Part shown: positions 55,108 to 64,000 of the stretch, one piece after another
How the letters are laid out: every line of letters starts with the position of its first letter
Numbering within the stretch: position 1 is the stretch's first letter
Assembly (NCBI RefSeq): GCF_009834535.1
Contig: NC_045697.1
Span: 47,184,001-47,248,000, forward strand
Direction: 5' to 3'
From: Camelus ferus
Lineage: Eukaryota
Length of the DNA stretch: 64,000 bases
Translations under genes and position numbers: made by a program
Notes under the pieces: generated by a model
Database searches by the model: none
Seen by the model: the letters and a program-made list of their open reading frames with translations, nothing else
What the model was told of the DNA's origin: nothing

Positions 55108-55291
55108 CTTCGGCCAGCGACTCCTCCAGGGTGACCTGGTAGCGGCCGACCGCGAACACCCGGACCCCAACGGACGAGCTACCGGAGCCGGAGCCGACCC
55201 CGGCCCCGCCGGCCCCGCCACCAGCCGCTCCTCCGCCGCCGCCGCCGCCGCCGCCGCCCTCCGACTTGGGCATTCGAGAGAACTTCTTCAT
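55108..55291 (-). CDS. BMP2K: BMP-2-inducible kinase, coding exon 1 (184 nt; MKKFSRMPKSEG...[10 protein letters not shown])
   Basis: The translation MKKFSRMPKSE-polyG-...[22 protein letters not shown] matches the BMP2K N-terminus as I recall it. Start context is GGGACC-ATG, the donor is GAAG|GTACGG (phase 1), and the exon lies in a CpG island. Confidence 0.96.
55235..55258 (-). repeat. (GGC)8 coding trinucleotide repeat, part of a Gly10 run
   Basis: Eight uninterrupted GGC codons followed by GGA GGA. Confidence 0.95.
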
Positions 55292-55438
55292 GGTCCCGCC
55301 GGCGCGCTGGAGGGCGAGGGGAGCGCGCGAGGGCGAGCGAGAGGGAGAGTGGCCGGCCCGGCGCGCGGCCGGGCGTCCGCGAGAGGTCGCCGCCCCTCGC
55401 CCGTCCGAGGGTCCGTGCGCGCTGCGGCCCGCCGAGCC

Positions 55439-55444
55439 TCACAT
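55439..55444 (-). promoter_or_regulatory. Start-stop uORF (AUG-UGA) in the presumed 5' UTR
   Basis: The minus strand reads CGCGGA-ATG-TGA-GGC, with the AUG 153 nt upstream of the main AUG. Inclusion in the mRNA is inferred. Confidence 0.55.
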
Positions 55445-55850
55445 TCCGCGCCCCCGAGCGCACTTCCCCGGCCCCTCCGCCCGCTCCGCGGCTCCGCTGC
55501 AGCTGCCCGGCTCCCGCAGAGGGCGGCGAGGAGGGCGGGGACGGGGCGGGGCGCGAGGGGGCGGGCCCGAGTGCGGGGGCGACGCCGCCGCCTCCGCCAG
55601 TGCCCCGGGCGCCCTCGCCGCCTCCCTAAACGCCCGGAGCGCGAGCCCCGGAGGAGGGCGCGAGAGAGGGAGATGGAGAAGGGGGCGGGGCGGCCGGGCC
55701 CTCCGGGGAGTGGGCTGGATCCCGGGCTGCACAACCTCTGGACCGCAGCCCGCAGCACGGCCAGCGCCCCAGCCGAACCAGTGCCGCCCGCCACTCGCGG
55801 CCGTTGGCGGCGCGGCGCCCCTGCCAACCGGTCGCCGAGGCCGGGGGCCC

Positions 55851-55906
55851 TGCGCAGGCGCGGTGCCTGCGCCGCCGGAAGTGACGGTTCCGGCTCTTGT
55901 CACGTG
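55851..55906. promoter_or_regulatory. Motif cluster: NRF1-like site, two inverted ETS/GABPA cores, E-box
   Basis: TGCGCAGGCGCG at 55851-55862, CCGGAAGTG at 55875-55883, TTCCGG at 55888-55893, GTCACGTG at 55899-55906. Confidence 0.65.
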
Positions 55907-58900
55907 GAGAAGGGGACGGGGGAGGTGATGGTGGGGGTTGGGGGCGAGGGTGAGGTCCAGAGTCCCGGGTTTGGGGTCCCGGCCCAGAGGCTTCAAGCCT
56001 GGCTTGTCGGGTCCGGGCTTCGATCAGGGAGGTAACCCAGGGGCTGGTTTTGGCGCTGGCCGTGCGGCGAGGTCTGTCACGGCTAGCAGTTGGTATGTCA
56101 CTTTGAGGGCTTAAAAATGCCACCGACGACTTTACCCCAGTTAAGGAACTTCTTGCTGCATTTCTAAGCCGCTTTTCCAGACCACCTCCCCTGAGAATCT
56201 TCTTCCGCTCGCCCACCCCCGAGCGTGGGAGGTGGGAGCAGCGCGGAACTAGAGCGGATTCCAGTAACCCGACTTCTAAAGCTGTGGTGTCGCACTCTGT
56301 AACAGACGCCGGTGCTAGGAAGCGTTTTGCGGTTTATAAATTACTTAGGAGTACTTTCAAAATCTCGTGTGTGCTGTGCAACAGCCCCGTGAACTGTTCA
56401 GAACAGGTACTAAGTCTGTTTAGAGACCTTTCATCACCTTTGTCCAAGAGAGCTTAACGGACTCGCCCAAGGTCACATGGCTGGCTTGTGGCAGAGCTAC
56501 AACTTCAAGGGCCATCCTTTGATACTTAGTTTCGTACTTGGGGCTATTCTGGAAAAGGCTAGCGTCAGATCGTTGAAAAACGCAGACTTAGGACTGTGTA
56601 GGACTGCTTAGAAGCAAAACCAGCCATTGGTTTCGCCCACTCCTTTAACGAAGAGACTTAACCCATTTGGGAAAAGGAAGGGGAAAAAAAACGCATTGCA
56701 TCCATTTCATAAACTGCAGGAATCTCAGTGCCTGCGGGGTGAGGCAGGCAACGTGAACGTGGTGTAAGACTTAAGAACAGTTAAGAATGGAAAATAATAG
56801 AATATGTGTAAAGAGAGCAGCTGATTCTCAAATCCAGCCTGCTTTTTCCACGTATGAATACAGGCCTACTGTGGCCAGAGGTTCCAGTTTCTTAAGAGAA
56901 GCCAGAAATCTGGAATTTTTTTTTTCCTAATACGGCATTTCCCAAATTTTGTAAGTGTAGGCCAAATAAATCGTGCCTGCAGGACTTCAGTGTGCACCTT
57001 TTATGAAAGTAGATGAATGTGGTTCTATCCCAACTCCTATTTATTTATCCAACTTTTTATGAGATACAGGCAGAAACATTAGAAAATGTACTTAAGGCAA
57101 AAGCTTAGGGCTTAAAATCCTGCATTTTTTCTTCCCAGAGAAGCTATTTCTGCCAACGTTGAAACAGTGCTCTGGATATAGGCATTTTTTTGCTGCATAA
57201 CCCACTAAGCTAAAACTCTTCATCCAGAGACCTGACCTTTAAAGTACATTCCAGCTCAATGGATGTCAGATTCTGTTAGATAATTGATGTGGTGTGACAA
57301 TTGGGGATTTCCATTTGGAAATAAGCTGACCCTTCTTCTTACTGTGGGGATTCACTGTGGAGTCTTATTCCTACAACATTAGAATTACATTTTTCAAGCA
57401 GAAAAACTGAGAAATTTAGTCACTTCATACAATTCAAAACTACTATCAGCCTAATACAACTTCATTTGATGACAACACAAGAGTAAATAATGTCCTATGA
57501 TCAGTGTGGGAGCAAATTTACCACAATAGCTGTGGTTTAAAAAAAATTACTTCTCTGTACTCCTATAACCTGAGTTCTGTTATGGAAGTTGATCATTTGT
57601 TTAAGGCATACACCTCCTCTCAAAAATTTTGGGTAACGTTAAGCAGTGTGTTCTTTAATTTTTCACCAGACAATAAAATTTGGATTTGTGTGATCTTCTC
57701 AAAATGTTAACATCACAATACTCTGTGACAAACATATTACTAATAAGAATGCAAAAACATTGTGTTACTAATAACAGGAATGCCAAGCATTTACACTAAT
57801 TACCCAAAGATGTTGCTATTACCTGTCAGACTGTATCCTTCTAGCCACTTGGTGAGTTAAAATTGACTGTCCTTAAACCATTTTTTACGCAGAAAATGCG
57901 ATACTAATCAGTGGAAAAACTATATTGACAATTCTAGTCTTTTGGTTTGGGCTCATTATACCATGGCTATGTAAGAACATTCACTTTGGCTTCCTATTGG
58001 AAAATAAAATCTCTAGGAAAAAAATGTGGATAATGTACATTCTGACCATCTTAAACACTGTCATTGAGGTGACTTATAATAAGAACACAGATATAGAATA
58101 GTTTAATAGAGGTAAAAGATTAAAATTACATTTCAGGGCTTTTTTTTAATACCTATGTCTGTCTTCCAAATGTTTACAACTGTACTACTATAAAAATAGT
58201 TGGGAACTAGCCACCTAATAAAGACTTTTTTATTTTTTTAAGCAGCTTGCTTCAGTTTGCAAGGTTTCATATTACGATATACTGATAAAGTCAACAGACC
58301 ATTGTAGCCAACTAAAGGATTCTGAGATCTTTAAACAGGAAGGAATTTGACAATGGGGGCAGGGAGGATTATTGTTATATTTTTATCTTCTCCTGGAAAG
58401 TTGTAACCCTTCTTGTTACTTTGACCCTCCTCTGTTTTACACAAAGGTGGCTCTCAAAGATATGTGTGAACTGAGAAAAAAGACTGACATGGATCAAAGT
58501 AATTTACTGGTATAAGTCATCTCTTCCAATGCCTGATGAACCATTTTTCCTCACAAGTCAGTGTTTTCTTTTGATGATACATTATCCATCATTATTACCC
58601 TCATTATGTTTTGCTATTAAGAAAAATTATCCTCCCTGCATAACAATATTAGTTTATACCTAGTTAAATGCCCATCTTTTCCAAAAAAGTAGAAGTCCTG
58701 AAGTCCATTAGAAGAATATAAATGTATATATCTCCATTATTAAAACAAGCTTTTTAAATGTCACTGATATTTAAATCCTCTGTTAAAACTACTCAGCATC
58801 ATCACTACACCTGCAAAAAATGTATAAACATCTAGGAAAAATTCATCTGGTAGTATAGTTTAAAATACAAAGATGTTCACAAATACTCTTAATAGGAGAA

Positions 58901-59259
58901 ATGACTCATTTGACATGAAATATTTTTCTGTGCTAGAATTCTTCCTGTAACTTGACCATGCTTTTTAAAAACACTGCAAGAGGCTGGCAACTTCACCACC
59001 AAGAGAGGTACTTTGATCTTCCACCTAGCTGAATTGGGGGGAGAGGGGACACCAGGTACACAGCACCTTAGCCTCACACCTCCTAATGGGAATACCTTCC
59101 TGCCTCCAGAAGCATTCGTCCCAGAATGGGATTACAGGCACGTGCCTGGATATGTTCCTAGCGTCCCTCTCCCTGATAGCCTTGGCATTTCCCTCCTACC
59201 ACTGAGCTGCTACCCTGCTCCCAGTTACATTTATAACAAACTTCAGAGCATGAAGTAAG

Positions 59260-59500
59260 AACTGATTCTCACTGGGCACTTGTGATGTACCAGTGCTACT
59301 CAAAAGCATATTACATGTATTAACACAGTAAATCTTCAGGACAACTGTATGAAATAGTATTTTGGATTATCACTCCTACTTTACAGATAAGACTACTGAT
59401 TCACAGAGAGATTAGGTCACACACCTGAGGTCTGTTTTGTGACTTGTAACAGGTTTCACAACTAGGTAGTATGACATTATGCTTTAAACCGCTACACAAC
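59260..59500 (-). mobile_element. MIR SINE relic (other MIR-like pieces near 14.6, 43.7, 47.1, 48.7 and 56.4 kb)
   Basis: ctgggcacttgtgatgtaccag ... tttacagataagactactgattcacagagagattagg. Confidence 0.6.
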
Positions 59501-61580
59501 GCAGACTTTCCTTGAAAACGCACAGTGTACGGTGTGATGGCTACAGTCTGAGGACGTAGAGTCCCCTCCCGTGCCTTGTGGCCACGTCACTCACCTGACA
59601 TCAGTGTCCTACTCAAGTTCAGGGAACCCGATGATAAATGAGATTAATTTCTGATTAACCCAGGTATTTTTAAAATTTAACAAATATTTGCTGGATATCT
59701 ACAGTGGGTAAAACACTGTGGATTGGGAGAGGGTATAACTAGGAAGGGCAAATTTGAATATGACAAATCAAGTTCTCAAAGAGTTTTAGACTGTTGTCAG
59801 GTGAGGGGAGAGGTATGTACACAACCATGTAATAGAGGCAGGGAGGAAAGATTAGGAGTGGAGACAGAGTTGACCATAAGCTCTGGACAGAAACTGATGA
59901 GCTCTAAGTTTGTGCTGGGACGGTACATTGCCTTCAAATCTCCTTCTGACAGTACGGTTGGTGTTCTGATTTTCAAGACTTCTGGGGACCGAAAAGCAGC
60001 TCCTCTGGGTTTGGAAGCAGGTCAGCGGTTCCCATAGAAAGATGTCGATGCTCTCCCAGTGTGTTGAACCAACGCTGAATCTCCACACGTGGCAGCATTC
60101 ACATAAACACAAGCAAAACTCTATTCAACTTGCTCTGAGAGGAACAGAGAGAAAGAAAGGATTGAAGCTACTGTCAGCTTTTGCTTCAATCTCTTATCAA
60201 AATTCACATCTTGTTTTACCTAGACTTCTGCCAGCTGTAATAGAGATTATTTATTGAACCTGTACAATGTACTAAACAATGTGTGAAACAATATACAGTA
60301 AGAACCCATTCAGTATGGTGAGAGTCAGGGAATTTCAGAAGGTGATATCATCAAATGGAGAAACTGAAAGGAGAACAGGCACATTTACTGAGCAACTGGT
60401 ATGTCTCAGGCATTGTGTTTTACACTGTATACATTTAATCCTCTAACAAGGGAAGTAGGTGTTACTACACCTGACGTACAGCTCTGTCAACTCCAATCAC
60501 CCTGAACAGTTTTCATTTCTTACCAACCTGTTTCAGGCCCCACTGCTCCTGCAAGGAGGACTGCCTTGTTCTTTATCTCAATTAGCTGACTAAGTGGGTG
60601 ACTATGTGGAACTCCAAGGCCACCTCCCCTGTGAAAGCTTTCCTGACTGCCGCCATCTGGCAGTCTCAGGTAGAAGGGACTCATTTGTACCCCACGCTAC
60701 TCTTTAAAGACTTCTTGAACTACACCTATCACTTAATCACAGGGACCTCATTACATGCCTGCCTCCCTCTCTCCACTGCATTGTAAGAGGTTTAAGGTTT
60801 AATGTCACATTGTTTTCTTATAACCCAGTGCCAAGCAATGTGCTTGACATTCTGTGAGTATTGAATAGATAAATGAATAACTTAGCCAAAAATCTAGTGA
60901 GTGGTAGAGTTAGGGGTTGAGACCAGGCTTAAATCTCAGGTGTGTCTGAAATCCCAGGCTTCTTAGCTTATCTGCACCTGCATTTTATTCATCTTTAGAC
61001 CAGGAAGAATAGGTTTTTTAAATTTTTAGTTTTCTGCTGTAGTTTTGAATTTATTTCTGTTTTTTGAAGTGGGAGCTGGAAGGTGATGTGATCTATGAAT
61101 ATTAAATAATACACAGCCAATACCAATCACAGTGCTGGACACATAGTAGGAAATCAAGAAATGTCAGATCCTCTTTCTTTTGTATCATCTTGTTCAAAGT
61201 TTTACCAAATGTGGCAGTGCGAGGACTCAAGCTGCTCTACCATGCTAGCCTTTCACCACAGGTGCTTCACACATAGAACCTAATGATTCTTCTTTGGGGT
61301 GAGTTTTAGGCTTCTTAACATTTATCTTTTTTTTTTTTCTATTTTGGCAGACTTTGAACTGCAAATTGTAGTAGAGGACAATATGGATAGACTTGGGGCA
61401 AGGAAGAGCCTTTACCTGGCTGAATGTTTCAGGAGAACCATGGCTTCTTCATTGTTATATATGCCTGGCCCCTAGTAAGTGCTTGATAAACATTTGTGGA
61501 GTTCAAGTACATTGGCCAACTTAAACCAGATGGTTTGGTGGATCTTTGCAGACTGTCTTCAGGGAAGAAATACAGGTAGT

Positions 61581-61764
61581 GGGGGAAAGAAAGAAAGAAA
61601 AAAGGAAGGAAAGAAGGAAAAGAGAGAGAGACAGAGAGAGAAAGAAAGAAAGAGAAAGAGAGAAAGAAAGAAAGAAAAAGAGAAAGAGAGAGGAAGGAAG
61701 GAAGAAAAAGAGAAAGAAAAAAGAGAGAGGGAGGGAGGGAGGAAGAAAGGGAGGGAGGGAAAAA
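61581..61764. repeat. Polypurine (GAAA/GA/GGAA/GGGA) low-complexity tract
   Basis: 184 bp of A/G with a single C. Confidence 0.95.
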
Positions 61765-64000
61765 TCAAGAAATGGCAAACTGCTCAGTGTATGGAACTAC
61801 AAGAAAGGTAATTCTGATTGTGGAGTAGAAAACTTGACAAGGGTAAAAGCAGGACAGCCTAAGTAAGAGAATGCTGTAAGTAATAATGTCAATAAGACAA
61901 AGACAGGAGAGAGGTGAGAACTCTGAGACTTGAAATCAATCTGAAAGCAAAACCTGAGGCTGTAATGAAAGCGTGGGTCCCCACCACTCAAACAAGTCAG
62001 CCCTGTGAGGCTGATTTCTTTTCACTGGCTAAAATCTCACCCTTGTCCTTTTGCTCTTTCTATTTCCCTGACCCTGAACACTGTCTTTCCCTCCTGTTCA
62101 TCCATCTTAGACATATACAGCTTTCCCAACTTAACTTACCTCCTCCAGGAAATGTATCCCCAATTTCCCCACTTCATAGTAATCCATCATTTCTCTGAAC
62201 CACTGTAGCACTTTTGTCCACATGCAAAGCTTAGCATACTGTATTCTTAATTACCCACTGTATATAAGTCTTAAGTGTCTAAGAAAATACATAATGTATA
62301 GTTTTTATTTTTAAGTAATTCCATTGCATACATAGCCCAATATTAGGTACATTATAGATGTGAAATACTTATTGAATTAAATAGTCAAAGTGCCTGGAAA
62401 ATTAATGCCACTTTGAATTGATATTTTGAAATGTTTTTAATTGCATTTTTAATTCACAGGAAGAAATTAAAGACACGATTTGAGGGGAGCGTTACAATTG
62501 ATCAGAGTCTAGGTAAACACAGATAAATTTGACTGTACTTTTGTTTAAATGTAAAAGGTAAGTTCCTGCTATAGATCTTCCCCTAGAGAAATCTTTATAA
62601 AGTGTGGCCAGATTGTATATAAAAGTGATTTTTATTATTTATTTTCATCTTGGTGAAGATCAAACACCACCTTAGTGCATATATCAGCTAACATGAAAAT
62701 TATATTTATGTACCCACTTCTTAAATTATAATATTTGTAAATTGCTTTTTGTGGACCTTATTCAATTATATAATTTGCAAGTTGCTCTAAATATAATACT
62801 CAAGGAAATCATTCTTAAAGGATAAATACATATTTTTTAACCTTTGAGTTTTTCATTCTTCAACACGATACCTTGTTTTTTTTCTCTCTTATCTCGGGAC
62901 AGCACTGGGCCTACTTATAGGGACAGATTAGAAGCATTTTTCCCTTTACCATGACAACACCCAGCTAAGGTTTACTGATAAACTAGTAGCAAGTCAGACC
63001 ATCTACAAGATGCAGGAGGAACTCCTGAGTAAGAACTTGAATTCAGGAGTCAAATAAATTGTATAGCTTAAAGAAATTTATGTATTGCTAACATTTTATT
63101 AAAATCCTTGACATTTTTATCCAAATGTAATACTCACTGTTGAGTTCCCATGTTGTATCCTTTTTATAGATAAGCACATTTTTATAAGCTCTGAACTTAT
63201 AAATTTAATGTGTGTGTGTGTGTGTATTTAAGCAGCTTTGCACTAAAATGTTCATTCTGTATTGACAGATATCAAATTCAAATTTTGCACATATACATAA
63301 ACACACTTGGTCTGTGAAAATGTGTCTAACAATACGTTTTAAACAAAATAATTATTATGAGAGATATTAATGCTTACATTTTATTCCAAAGAGGATTAAC
63401 CAATTATGGATTTGGCTCACTTAAACATTAAACTTTTTTGGATTAATATGACAACAAATAGTTGATCAAAACCTTAAAAAGTTAAATCAAAGAACTAAAA
63501 TTTTCGCAAATAATTTTACAGAACAATTTTAATTTTTGTTGAATTTATCATTTGTTTTAATAGCATTTGCACACAGCCTCAGAGAGTTACTTTAGGAAGT
63601 TGGCTATCCCTGTGTAAGTAAATTAATTAAATGGACACTTATTGCAGGCCTATGTACACATTCACATGCACACAGCCTTGTGCTACTCACATGAGAAAAT
63701 AGAAACAAGACATAAAATCCAAACTCTAAGCCAAACAAACGTCGAATCTAGTCACTGTAGGGGTGGTTTCTTGTGTTCATGATCATCCTGTACATTTTTT
63801 ACATTTCTTCTGCTTCTGACCTGTATACATCCTTTTCTACTCACCACTGTTACCTTTCTCACTTAGGACCCATCAACTTTCCTATAGTAATCATAATGAG
63901 TAATCAATCCCTGTTTCTCTAATAATGAGAGCTTTAATGATTATTCTCTATAGTAATTCCCTGCCGGTCAGGAATAAAATGTAATTGAAGTGTATACTAT

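Larger units (their letters stand above)
54690..56400. promoter_or_regulatory. CpG island / BMP2K promoter
   Basis: Very GC- and CpG-rich segment in an AT-rich background, surrounding the start codon. Stacked GC boxes (GGGCGGG) at about 55533-55566 and 55682-55690. Boundaries are approximate. Confidence 0.9.

Noticed and set aside
55031..56216. Several long ORFs (180-334 aa) on both strands over the CpG island
   Set aside because: They are Arg/Ala/Gly/Pro-rich, overlap in all frames and many start at non-AUG codons. This is the expected result of stop-codon scarcity in GC-rich DNA.
59128..59149. About 20 bp resembling Alu/7SL antisense (tgggattacaggcacgtgcc)
   Set aside because: It is too short, with no flanking Alu/7SL body, A tail or TSD, so it is compatible with chance.
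61479..61866. Lys/Glu/Arg-rich and Phe/Ser/Leu-rich ORFs
   Set aside because: They are translations of the polypurine simple repeat.

Overview
Mammalian genomic DNA. The L1 3' ends and absence of recognisable Alu, B1, SINEC, PRE or Bov SINEs suggest a cetartiodactyl, possibly a camelid (inference). The window holds the 5' end of BMP2K (BIKE, a NAK-family Ser/Thr kinase) on the minus strand. Coding exon 1 (55108-55291) lies in a CpG-island promoter, followed by exon 2 (4581-4699) and exon 3 (1652-1757); the gene continues past position 1. The three exons join in frame with GT-AG junctions. The 50.4 kb intron 1 is rich in transposon fossils. These include a young full-length 7.1 kb LINE-1 with a perfect 17 bp target-site duplication but inactivated ORFs, two older large L1s each carrying a nested Tigger-type element, a solo ERVL LTR inside an L2, and many L2/MIR/MER pieces. 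I see no evidence for a wholly new multi-gene system. The best leads are regulatory: an in-frame AUG-UGA start-stop element in the presumed 5' UTR, a pure (GGC)8 polyglycine tract, a His beside the catalytic Lys where I recall Cys, a competing exon 1 donor, a divergent-promoter motif cluster, and the antisense L1 as a possible internal promoter. Repeat family names and human comparisons come from memory, not from a search.
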